64,000 bases of DNA from Candidatus Omnitrophota bacterium (GTDB taxonomy: Bacteria; Hinthialibacterota; Hinthialibacteria; Hinthialibacterales; Hinthialibacteraceae): assembly GCA_040755155.1 (NCBI GenBank), contig JBFMBP010000084.1, positions 405 to 64,404 of the forward strand, given 5' to 3'. A model generated the notes under the pieces. That model was not told the DNA's origin. It saw only the letters and a program-made list of their open reading frames with translations, and made no database searches. Positions 39,919 through 48,708 of the stretch are shown here, piece after piece. Within the stretch, counting starts at the first letter, position 1, and each line of letters opens with the position of its first letter. Position numbers and translations under genes: made by a program.

Positions 39919-41190
39919 ATGAGAAAGATGTTTAGCGTTTTTATTATTGGGATGCTTTGCATCCTAACGGCTTCGGCTTCCTATGCGCAGATCGGCATCT
40001 TTTCCGCTAACGTGGATGTCGATAACGGTCAGCTGGGAGCCGAAGGGAGCGCTTCATACGATCCAGCGACGGATACGTATACCGTGAACGGAAGCGGCGC
40101 GGACGTATGGAACAACACCGGCAGCAATTTCCACTTTGTTTATCGCGAATGGACCGGCGATTTCGATTTACGCGCCGATGTGAGCGTTAGCGGCGGTTTG
40201 GAAACGCAAGCTTGGATCAAAGCCATGCTGTTTTGCGCCGAAGGGCTGGAAGGCTGGTCGAATTACGTGACCACCCGCGTTCGCCGCGACGGCCAGTACA
40301 GCACCCAATGGCGCGGCGGCGGAGAAGCCTCCGACGCCAGTACGGCCAGCGCTTTGCGCGTTACCGGTCTGAATCCGGCGCGTCAGCGTCTGGTTCGAAT
40401 CGGCAACACCTTCTCCACCTACTATTTACATGCAACTACGGGCGAATGGACGCTTATCGATTCCAATGAAGTGGCGCTATCGGAAACTGTTCTGGTTGGT
40501 TTTGGCGTCTGCTCCCATGACTTAGGTCAAATCGCGACGGGGACATTTTCGAAAGTGGCCTTAGGAGCTCCGATCGAAGGTCCCTTCGACCTGACCATCG
40601 ATGTCGACAACGGTCAGTTGGGCGCGGAAGGCGCCGCCGCTTACGACGCCGCCGCCGGCATATATACGATCGATGGCAGCGGCGCGGATGTTTGGAACAA
40701 CACCGGCAGCAACTTCCGTTTTGTGTACAAAGAGTGGAGCGGCGATTTCGAACTGACCGCCGATGTCGCGGTCGCCGGCGGCCTTGAAACGCAAGCCTGG
40801 ATTAAATCCATGCTCTATGCCGCCGAAAGCCTGGATGGTTGGGGCAACTATGTAGCCACCCGCGTCCGGCGCGACGGCCAGTACAGCACGCAGTGGCGCG
40901 GCGGCGGCGAAGCCTCCGATGCCAGCACCGCCAGCGCTCTTCGCGTATCTGGATTGAATCCCGCCCGTCAGCGCCTAACCCGCGTCGGCGACTCGTTCAC
41001 CACATCTTATTTGGACGCGGCTAGCGGCGCATGGAAAAATATCGATACAAACGTAGTCGTATTGCAGGATCCCATCTTTCTGGGATTGGGCGTTTGCTCC
41101 CACGATTTAGGCCAAATCGCAACGGGAACGTTCAGCAATATTGAATTGACCGGCGGAACCACAGACGCAAGCGATTGGCAACTGTATTAA
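39919..41190 (+). CDS. secreted protein made of two tandem ~190-aa beta-rich (jelly-roll/LamG-like) domains
   Basis: Signal peptide. Two units share about 80% aa identity (IDVDNGQLGAEG...GSGADVWNNTGSNF.FVY.EW.GDF...GVCSHDLGQIATGTFS). Strong RBS aaggggagg. Confidence 0.6.
   Translation: MRKMFSVFIIGMLCILTASASYAQIGIFSANVDVDNGQLGAEGSASYDPATDTYTVNGSGADVWNNTGSNFHFVYREWTGDFDLRADVSVSGGLETQAWIKAMLFCAEGLEGWSNYVTTRVRRDGQYSTQWRGGGEASDASTASALRVTGLNPARQRLVRIGNTFSTYYLHATTGEWTLIDSNEVALSETVLVGFGVCSHDLGQIATGTFSKVALGAPIEGPFDLTIDVDNGQLGAEGAAAYDAAAGIYTIDGSGADVWNNTGSNFRFVYKEWSGDFELTADVAVAGGLETQAWIKSMLYAAESLDGWGNYVATRVRRDGQYSTQWRGGGEASDASTASALRVSGLNPARQRLTRVGDSFTTSYLDAASGAWKNIDTNVVVLQDPIFLGLGVCSHDLGQIATGTFSNIELTGGTTDASDWQLY
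40015..41155 (+). repeat. intragenic tandem duplication (2 x ~570 bp, about 80% nt identity)
   Basis: Direct comparison of 40015-40565 with 40590-41155. Confidence 0.75.
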
Positions 41191-41258
41191 AAAAACAGCT
41201 CGTATTCATAGCAAATCGTTTGGCCAACATACAGCCGTTATTATCTCATTGGATAATT

Positions 41259-41303
41259 CCCCGTATTTCTCCCCACATTGAGGGAGAAATACGGGTTTTT
41301 TTA
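41259..41303 (+). terminator. rho-independent terminator
   Basis: 13-bp stem ccgtatttctccc / gggagaaatacgg with a 7-nt loop, followed by g + ttttttt. Confidence 0.7.
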
Positions 41304-41617
41304 TGTCCGATCCGATGCATTCATCTTTCCCTTAACGCCTGCCAAAGCAAGTAAAAAATGATAGTCGCCATTATTCGTTTTCAACGTATTGAATGGATAA
41401 AAAGGAAGCCGTTATACCATTAATCCCTCAGAAGATAAATGGTCTCGCTATAGATCCCAACCAGATTCATAAGCAAGAGGAAAAACAGGTTGCCATCTTT
41501 TCTTCATCGAAAAGATGGTAAAAACCTTGAAAAACGCTTTATTGGGGTATAATTAAAAAAGTTTACTTCCGCCACAACATAAAAAGTGCGTTTGATTATT
41601 CGTATTCTTTCCTGTAT

Positions 41618-41690
41618 GGGCCATTAGCTCAATTGGTAGAGCATCCGACTCTTAATCGGCAGGTTTCAGGTTCGATTCCTGAATGGCCCA
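41618..41690 (+). tRNA. tRNA-Lys (anticodon CTT)
   Basis: Manual fold: 7-bp acceptor GGGCCAT/ATGGCCC, D-arm GCTC-AATTGGTA-GAGC, anticodon loop CT-CTT-AA, T-arm TCAGG-TTCGATT-CCTGA, discriminator A. Confidence 0.9.
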
Positions 41691-42087
41691 TTTCCTTAAA
41701 CCCTCATTAATCAATTATTTATATTCTCCTTTCTGTCTGGAATTCTTCTCATAATAATTATCTATGCGCTAGATTTGCGTTAACCATTTTTCGTAAACGA
41801 ATTGAGAAGAAAAAGCATGCTCCCCCTTCAGAATTGGTCTTAAGGGACAGGAGGCAATTCCTGTTGGGCTATGCCCTCCTTGCATTGTCCCCTTTCCTCC
41901 GGCATGGCCTGGAGAAATTCAAGCCCAAAGAAAAGTCGGTTTCCACCTTATTTTTTCGTTTTTCTGTCTAGACAATGGAGGCCACTTAAATGATTCTCTC
42001 CATACTATATGTAATGGTTGTATAGTTATTGATATGAAATGGGAAAATGTTCGAAACAATGAATCTTTCATCGAGGAGCCTTTGGAA

Positions 42088-44001
42088 ATGTTCAAATCTT
42101 CAGCGGCATTTTTTCTTTTTTTCTTCATACGGATATGCGTCGTCATTGCTGTATTCGATCAGCCAGTCGCCGCAGAATCTTCTGACTCCGAGTTGCGCTT
42201 GGCGCATGATGGGAAGCCATTGTGCACCATTGTCACGTCGGAGAATCCCACTCCGGCGGCGCGCTTGGCGGCGTTAGAGTTTCAATTCCACATTATGAAG
42301 ATCACAGGGGCGGAACTGCCCATCCGAAGCGATAACGAGAAAGTCGAGGGAATACGGGTGCTTATCGGGGATAGTAAGGCCACGCGGGCGCTGGGGATTG
42401 AAAGAGCCTCTTTCGCTCCGCAGGAATATCTCATTGCCTTTCGACCGGACGCATTGATTCTTATCGGACGCGATTGGGAGGATACGGCGGCCAATCGGAG
42501 GGAATTCGGCCGTCCCATGAATTGCGGAGATACGCTGGAAGCTACTCGGCAGCGCATCGACTACTGGAAAACCGTGGGGTATCCGGAACGCAGCGCGGGC
42601 GAGATGGAACTTCCGGGCGTTTACGACGATCTGGGAACGTGTTACGCCGCTTATCACTTCATCGAACAATTTTGTAATGTTCGCTGGTATGGGCCAAACG
42701 AAATGAGCATCATTTTCCCCTCTCAACCAACGCTTACAGTTAGCGGAACCGATATTCGGCGGTCTCCGGCGCTTAAATATCGCGACGCCCTTTGGTCTGG
42801 CAATTGGCCGTTCATGAAAGGACAGTGGGGTCCAACAACGCAATCCGAGATTTATCTGTTTTGGCGGCGTCTTCGCCTTGGCGGCGAGAAATGGGCTGGA
42901 AACCACACCTTCCACCGCAGGACCATTCAAGCCGTATTCACCAATCCTGCTTATCAGGCGCAAGGACCTGGTCGAGGAACGCAACTCTGTTATAGCAATC
43001 CGTTGCTGGTCGAAGAAGTCGCGCAGATGGCGCGGGATTTCTTTGGCGGCAAAAAGAACGCGCCCGAAGGATGGAAAGCGGTAGGCGATTATTTTGCGAT
43101 CGTTCCGGACGACAATTCGAACTTCTGCCAATGCGACCCGTGCAAGGCTTTGCTGGCCTCAGGAAAGGACATGCATACCGGCCAGTTCAGCAGCGGCGAA
43201 GTCAGCAACTACTTCTTTTCCTTCGTAAACGCCGTCGCAAGGGAAGTGCGCAAAACCCATCCCGACAAATATATTGCCGCGCTCGCTTATTGGAATTACG
43301 CCTTGCCGCCTCGCGGCTTCGATATCGAACCCAACGTATCCGTGGCTCCCTGCCTTCATACTTGCCTCTACGCCATCCACCCCGAAATCCGCGAGAACGA
43401 CATGATGTTATACAAGGAATGGCTGCAAAAAGCCAAAGCGCCGATTTTCCTCTGGAACTACTACCATCATCCGATGGAGCCCGCCTTGATTGACAAATGG
43501 AAGTGTTTCCCGAACGTGATGGCGCATGAGACTGCGCGGACGATGCGGATGTTCATCCAAGACGGCGTCCGGGGGATTTTCGTGTGCGGCGAACAAGAGA
43601 TGCTGGAAGGTTATGTGATCGCCAAACTCTGGGACGATCCAGACCAGGATGTGGACGCCATGCTGCATGAGTTTTTCCTCCGCTATTTCGGCGCGGCTGC
43701 CGAGCCGATGGAGAATTTTTACCGTAAGCTTGAGGAGATTGCCTGCGATCCAAAGAACTATCCACCGCCCTATTACAAGCAAAATGGCATTGATTGGAAG
43801 AATGTCGCCTGGACGCGCCTGGGAATGGCGGAACGAATGAAAGAGCTGGGCGCACTGATGAACCAGGCCCAGACGCTTGCCCATACCGAACCGGAGAAGC
43901 AACGCATCGGCTTGTGGCGCGAGGCGTTATGGAAATGGATGGAAGAAGGCTGCGCTCAGTACGCCGCTGACGAATCGGCGCATTCCGATTTTAAAAAATA
44001 A
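42088..44001 (+). CDS. secreted hypothetical protein (possibly DUF4838/glycoside-hydrolase-like)
   Basis: Signal peptide MFKSSAAFFLFFFIRICVVIAVF. Large W/Y-rich soluble domain. Assignment by gestalt only. Confidence 0.35.
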   Translation: MFKSSAAFFLFFFIRICVVIAVFDQPVAAESSDSELRLAHDGKPLCTIVTSENPTPAARLAALEFQFHIMKITGAELPIRSDNEKVEGIRVLIGDSKATRALGIERASFAPQEYLIAFRPDALILIGRDWEDTAANRREFGRPMNCGDTLEATRQRIDYWKTVGYPERSAGEMELPGVYDDLGTCYAAYHFIEQFCNVRWYGPNEMSIIFPSQPTLTVSGTDIRRSPALKYRDALWSGNWPFMKGQWGPTTQSEIYLFWRRLRLGGEKWAGNHTFHRRTIQAVFTNPAYQAQGPGRGTQLCYSNPLLVEEVAQMARDFFGGKKNAPEGWKAVGDYFAIVPDDNSNFCQCDPCKALLASGKDMHTGQFSSGEVSNYFFSFVNAVAREVRKTHPDKYIAALAYWNYALPPRGFDIEPNVSVAPCLHTCLYAIHPEIRENDMMLYKEWLQKAKAPIFLWNYYHHPMEPALIDKWKCFPNVMAHETARTMRMFIQDGVRGIFVCGEQEMLEGYVIAKLWDDPDQDVDAMLHEFFLRYFGAAAEPMENFYRKLEEIACDPKNYPPPYYKQNGIDWKNVAWTRLGMAERMKELGALMNQAQTLAHTEPEKQRIGLWREALWKWMEEGCAQYAADESAHSDFKK

Positions 44002-44021
44002 GCGAGATTCTTCCAATTCGG

Positions 44022-44133
44022 GCTTGCTGAAATTTGTAAGTCTTGACAAACGAGTATATTAAGATATAACTTCCTGAAGGAATGCGAAAGAGAATCTGCG
44101 TGTATTTTTCAAAACCTTAGCACATAAGTTGAG
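44022..44133 (+). promoter_or_regulatory. conserved promoter-operator cassette copy 2
   Basis: TTGACA at 44042-44047, TATAAC at 44064-44069, palindrome TTCCTgAAGGAA at 44070-44081. About 90% identical to 10786-10899. Confidence 0.55.
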
Positions 44134-44174
44134 GTCCTCATGTATCGAAATGCCGCTATGGTCTGAACCGAATC

Positions 44175-44447
44175 ATGGCGAAATTGCCCGCAACGTCCCT
44201 GACGGTAATCGCGCTCAATCTGCTAGTCATGAATCTAGGAAAGTTGTATCGGATGGGAATGGAGAAAGGACTTTTTGTTGGCCTTTTGGCGTATTGGAAG
44301 AGAATCTATGAGGCGTCAGGAAAACTTTGGCAAGTCCTTGGCGAGCTGGGAGCCGCATGGATGCGCCGAAAGGATTCTCAGGCGACGCTATCCGATCGTC
44401 AAGCGAACGGCGCCGCTCCCCTGCTCCGTCCGCTCTTATTTCGGTAG
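44175..44447 (+). pseudogene. C-terminal remnant of an IS5/IS1182-superfamily DDE transposase
   Basis: GLNRIMAKLPATSLTVIALNLLVMNLGKL resembles the conserved transposase tail (G.RrF..RGL.KV..EW.L...AhNL.KL). No N-terminal catalytic part. Confidence 0.35.
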
Positions 44448-44578
44448 TAAAGGTATTTCAGCAAGCCCTATTTGGGATGATAAAAGTAGGATGAATCGCG
44501 CCATATGACTCATCGATTACTCTAATGGCTCAAACAGCGAGGCCTATCCTATGATCTATAGAAAAGCGGGATGATTTT

Positions 44579-45145
44579 ATGATGCGTAGGAAGGGTTTTA
44601 CGTTAATCGAGTTGCTCATCGTCGTGGCGATCATCGGCATCCTGGCGGCTATCGCCGTTCCCAATTTTCTCAACGCCCGAACTCGCGCTTTACTTGCGCG
44701 GGTATATTCGGAACATCGCGCCATCGAAGACGCTTTAACCGCCTATAAAATTGACGAAAACGCCTATCCCGTCGACTCGGGAACCGCCTGCATCGCTCCG
44801 CCTCGCGTTACGATTTCGCTCAACGGCGTCAAGCAGACCGTTACCGGGATCGGCGTGATTACTACTCCCATCGCTTATTTGAACCGCATTCCGCAAGACC
44901 CTTTCATCCCGCCCCGGGATCCGGATATCGGCTGGTACCAGTGCTATGTCTATTTCGGCTCCAACGCTCCGTTCAATTACGGAGAATTCGAAGGACGCTC
45001 CCATTACATTATCTATTCCGTCGGCCCCGACAAGAAGCTGCAATGGTCGTTCGGCGGCAACCGTTATTCGCCCAGCAACGGCCTGGTCAGCGAAGGGGAT
45101 ATCATCCGAGTCGGTCCGGGATTGCGCAACAGCGCAGCGGGGTGA
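44579..45145 (+). CDS. prepilin-type N-terminal cleavage/methylation domain protein (type II secretion / type IV pseudopilin-like)
   Basis: MMRRKGFTLIELLIVVAIIGILAAIAVPNFLNAR is the canonical class III signal plus hydrophobic helix. Confidence 0.85.
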   Translation: MMRRKGFTLIELLIVVAIIGILAAIAVPNFLNARTRALLARVYSEHRAIEDALTAYKIDENAYPVDSGTACIAPPRVTISLNGVKQTVTGIGVITTPIAYLNRIPQDPFIPPRDPDIGWYQCYVYFGSNAPFNYGEFEGRSHYIIYSVGPDKKLQWSFGGNRYSPSNGLVSEGDIIRVGPGLRNSAAG

Positions 45146-45194
45146 TGGATTTTTGTTTACTCATGTTTCGCGCGAATGTCTTTTTTCTATGAAT

Positions 45195-45305
45195 TTGCAC
45201 TCTATCCAATTCCTCTCCCAAGATTGGGAGAGGTTAGGTGAGGGTTGATATGATGAACTTAGTCCCTCACCCTAACCCTTTCCCAAAGGGCGAGGGAACA
45301 GAAAT
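45195..45305. repeat. palindromic MITE/REP-like element family A copy 2
   Basis: tctcccaagattgggaga hairpin, then the gttaggtgagggttga core, a spacer, and the core's complement tccctcaccctaaccc, then the tttcccaaagggcgagggaa hairpin. Same architecture as family B. Confidence 0.6.
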
Positions 45306-45335
45306 GCGATTCGTAGAGATATATACGATCTTTGG

Positions 45336-46448
45336 CTATTCGTTCATTTCCCAGGCGATTTCAATGCGATGAACGGGACCGGCGACTCCAAAGAGATTCT
45401 CGGTCCTGAAAGAGAATTGATTCTTTCCCTTCTCCAAAGGCAGCGTTAACTGTTCGCCGCAATCGGCCCAGGAACCGTCTGGACGCGACATTTGATAGTT
45501 GCGAAAGTTCGGCGTAAAAGAGGATAAAGACGCGCTGGCGCAGTTGTCTTTAATCTCTACAGTGGAATGGATGACATTGGGCGTCCACTCGATCCAATCT
45601 CTTCTTGTCGTCGTTATTAAATAGGGCGTGTTGTACGCCCAATGAGGTTTTCCATCGCGATGCCAAACGTTTTGGCGAAAGAACTCGTCATCCAGCATAA
45701 ATAGAACGGAATTGCCGGCGGCGGGAAATGAGGTAAAGCGATTAGTTGTGTTTTCCCAACTGCACCAACGATAGGTTTCGGCGGTAGGGCCGTAGTCGCC
45801 TGAGTATTGATCCGTATCATGTTCTCCATTCAGTCCAAAGCATGGCAATACGGATTTTCCTCCGTCTTTCCATACTTCGTCGCGTATCTCTAACGCCGAT
45901 AATGGAAGATGGTCTTTTTCGAAATGAACATCGTATTTCGCGTCGATCAATACCCACTTGCCGAAAGAATTCACCCAGACTTCGTTGACTCCATGATGCC
46001 CGCCTTTCTCGATCGTACCGGGACCGCATCCCAGCCGGCGCGCAACATAGCCGTAACTGTTTAGGACGGCCTCTTGCACGATGCTGAAATGGGCGCAATG
46101 AAAGCCGCCTCCTTGCAACGCCGCATCGAGAATGGCGAAGGCGTCGCCCCGAGTTGGAGTCGGATGATCGTTTTCTATCCTGATTTTCGATTTGATCCAA
46201 TGGCGAAGCCGCAGGATACGGCGCCATTCGTCTGTTTCCCCAGCGACGACTTGATCCAATCCATAACGCTCGCGCAGTTGTTTTATGCGCGGATTATAAT
46301 AACTGTCGTAGGCGCGGAACAATTCGTTGCCGTGATATTCGGGATTTTTTACGGGGATTATCGTGAAATGCCCGTTCTCCGCCTTAGGAGTTATGTGCGA
46401 TAGAACGATGATCGCCGTTATGAGGATGTATTTAAAAAGATGAGTACT
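45336..46448 (-). CDS. secreted transglutaminase-like (papain-fold Cys-His-Asp) domain protein
   Basis: GGGFHCAHFS (Cys), GHHGVNEVWV (His) and LIDAKYD (Asp) are spaced as in the transglutaminase-like core. Signal peptide at the chosen internal start. Confidence 0.6.
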   Translation of the reverse strand, partial: STHLFKYILITAIIVLSHITPKAENGHFTIIPVKNPEYHGNELFRAYDSYYNPRIKQLRERYGLDQVVAGETDEWRRILRLRHWIKSKIRIENDHPTPTRGDAFAILDAALQGGGFHCAHFSIVQEAVLNSYGYVARRLGCGPGTIEKGGHHGVNEVWVNSFGKWVLIDAKYDVHFEKDHLPLSALEIRDEVWKDGGKSVLPCFGLNGEHDTDQYSGDYGPTAETYRWCSWENTTNRFTSFPAAGNSVLFMLDDEFFRQNVWHRDGKPHWAYNTPYLITTTRRDWIEWTPNVIHSTVEIKDNCASASLSSFTPNFRNYQMSRPDGSWADCGEQLTLPLEKGKNQFSFRTENLFGVAGPVHRIEIAWEMNE

Positions 46449-46665
46449 CATTGAATCTCTCGATCCTCCCAATGATGAATTAAACAGCCGCTTTTGATCG
46501 TCAGCAGGAAAATGGAAGAGAAAGTGGCTCTTCGAAAATGATCCATATATACCGAATCTGTTCCTGCTTGTATAGTTGAGCTGGGCAGGCTCAAAGCGAA
46601 GAGCATCCTCCTTTCGATAAAATAACGCGCATTGCGTGCTTGATGGAAGGTTTGATTTGAGCGCA

Positions 46666-47511
46666 TTATCTTCCCGCAAGTCCCCGTAAAAGATAATAAA
46701 TATTTTTCAGATATTCGTTTTCTACCGTAACGACGCCCTCTTCGTTCGTCCACCAATCGCTCGCGGAATAGATTTCTTCCGGCGCGGGCGCAATGAGGAT
46801 TTCGCATCCGGTTCCGCGAAACATGCGGTCCATCGTCCATTTCGCTCTTCGCGACTGGAAGAGACCGGAGACGATCAGGATGGAGTTCCGGTTATTTTCC
46901 AGCATCCATTTTTTCAGGAACGCCGCTTCGGCGTAAGTGCTGTAAAAAGGCTCTTGGCTCCAATGCGTCCGTTCGGCGGGAACGCTGCGCAATTTGAAAA
47001 TCGCCTGGCAAATCCGCCCTTCCAAGACGATCAAGTCGCGGTAGGGAATATCGGGCGGAGCGTCAATGGGCAGGCAGATCACGATGTCCGGCGCATAGCC
47101 AGTCTGGAATAATTCCGCCGCCTTTTCCACTCGTTGCCAACCGCCTCCGCCTAGAACGGCGATGGCGTCGCAGGATTTCAGTTTGGATTCGTAAATAAGG
47201 AAAGAGGCGAACGATTGCAGAATGGATTGGCGATGATAATAACCGATCGCTAGAATGAGGACTATCGACGTCAGCGCCAACGCGATGCGCTTCCAACGCC
47301 GCCGGAATTTCGCCAGAGTAGAAGAGGCTTCCAGCCTCTTGATCTGAAAGAGAGCGATTCCTTTCCAACGCCGCCGGAATTTCGCTGGTTTGGATTTCGT
47401 TGGAAGCGGCGATGAAGTCTCGCCTGCGGATTCTGATGAATCCGATAGATCCGGATCGACATCCATTCGATGGCGTTTAAGAATAGACATAGGCATGGTT
47501 ATTAAGGACAA
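46666..47511 (-). CDS. DUF218 (YdcF/SanA/ElyC family) membrane-anchored protein
   Basis: TM helix then CDAIAVLGGGG...VSGLFQSRRAKW is the DUF218 core. The N-terminal region contains an in-frame 72-bp duplication. Confidence 0.75.
   Translation of the reverse strand: MSLITMPMSILKRHRMDVDPDLSDSSESAGETSSPLPTKSKPAKFRRRWKGIALFQIKRLEASSTLAKFRRRWKRIALALTSIVLILAIGYYHRQSILQSFASFLIYESKLKSCDAIAVLGGGGWQRVEKAAELFQTGYAPDIVICLPIDAPPDIPYRDLIVLEGRICQAIFKLRSVPAERTHWSQEPFYSTYAEAAFLKKWMLENNRNSILIVSGLFQSRRAKWTMDRMFRGTGCEILIAPAPEEIYSASDWWTNEEGVVTVENEYLKNIYYLLRGLAGR
47291..47386. repeat. 72-bp in-frame tandem duplication (24-nt direct repeats ttccaacgccgccggaatttcgcc) enclosing a 26-nt palindromic hairpin element
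   Basis: DR1 at 47291-47314 and DR2 at 47363-47386. Enclosed agtagaagaggcttccagcctcttga is identical to 63385-63410. Encodes the duplicated AKFRRRWK peptide. Confidence 0.7.
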
Positions 47512-47550
47512 TAGTAAAACGATCGTTTCAATACTAAGGAGGATAGCCGA

Positions 47551-48552
47551 ATGTCGTACAAAAGAAAAATGGTTGCCATCGCCGCTGCATCTTTTGTCTT
47601 AACGCTTTTTGCGGGACTCTCCGCCATGGCGGCGGACGAGAATCACCCCGCGATCCGCTTGGGCATGGTGGGATTGGATACGTCGCACGTCATCGCCTTT
47701 ACCAACATGATGAACGATCCCAACAATGCCGACTACGTTCCTGGGGCCAAAGTCGTCGCAGGCTTCAGAGGCGGAAGTTCCGACATCGAAAGCAGCATCA
47801 GCCGGGTGGACGACTATACAAAGCAATTGCAAGAGAAATTCGGCGTCATGATTTACGATTCCATCGCCGAACTTTGCCGCAACGTAGACGGCGTGCTGAT
47901 CGAAAGCGTCGATGGACGGCCCCATCTCGAACAAGCCAAACAAGTCATAGCGGCGGGTTTGCCGATGTTCATCGATAAGCCGGTTGGGGGCTGTTTTGAA
48001 GACGCTCTGGAAATCGCCCGTCTAGCCAAGAAAGCGGGCGTCCCCTGGTTTGGCGGTTCCAGCCTTCATTGGGTGAGAACCTGGCGCGAAGCCATGAAGC
48101 CGGAAAAAATCGGCGAAATATTAGGTTGCGATTCCTACTCCCCTTGTTCCTACGAGCCGCATCATCCCGATCTCTTCTGGTATGGCGTCCACGGCGTCGA
48201 TCCGCTTTATGCGGCGATGGGGCGCGGATGCCAAACCGTGGCGCGGACGCATACGGAAGATTACGATTACGTTGTCGGCGTCTGGAAAGACGGACGCATC
48301 GGAACCTACCGTGGGATGCGCAAAGGGGCGCACGATTATGGAATGACGATTTTTGGGTCCAAAGATCAAGTGGAAGTCAAAGGGCACAGCTATAAAGGAT
48401 TGGTCGAAGAGATCGTAAAATTCTTCCAAACCAAGAAGCCGCCTATATCTGCGGAGGAGATTGTCGAAATGTACGCCTTCATGCAGGCGGCGGACGAAAG
48501 CAAAAACCAGGGAGGCAAGCCGGTTCCCGTCCCGCAATTTTCGCTGGAGTGA
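47551..48552 (+). CDS. Gfo/Idh/MocA-family oxidoreductase, secreted
   Basis: Signal peptide. N-terminal Rossmann-like IRLGMVGLDTSH and the family's C-terminal alpha/beta domain. Confidence 0.75.
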   Translation: MSYKRKMVAIAAASFVLTLFAGLSAMAADENHPAIRLGMVGLDTSHVIAFTNMMNDPNNADYVPGAKVVAGFRGGSSDIESSISRVDDYTKQLQEKFGVMIYDSIAELCRNVDGVLIESVDGRPHLEQAKQVIAAGLPMFIDKPVGGCFEDALEIARLAKKAGVPWFGGSSLHWVRTWREAMKPEKIGEILGCDSYSPCSYEPHHPDLFWYGVHGVDPLYAAMGRGCQTVARTHTEDYDYVVGVWKDGRIGTYRGMRKGAHDYGMTIFGSKDQVEVKGHSYKGLVEEIVKFFQTKKPPISAEEIVEMYAFMQAADESKNQGGKPVPVPQFSLE

Positions 48553-48572
48553 AATAAGCAAAAAAAAAATTA

Positions 48573-48620
48573 AACGCCCTCCGCGCGTAAATCATACGCA
48601 AGGAGGGCGTTTCTATTCTT
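48573..48620. terminator. bidirectional rho-independent terminator between convergent Gfo-family gene and ppdK
   Basis: aacgccctcc...ggagggcgtt stem flanked by an A-run 5' and a T-run 3'. Confidence 0.7.
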
Positions 48621-48708
48621 GGGAAAATCGAATCGGCGCGAATGAAAAAAGAAGGGGCGGATCGTTCGACCCGCCCCGAATTATTGAATACTATTTACTT
48701 TTTCTAAA

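Noticed and set aside
44129-44311. 60-aa ORF overlapping the transposase C-terminal remnant
   Set aside because: Alternative frame of the remnant region with no features.
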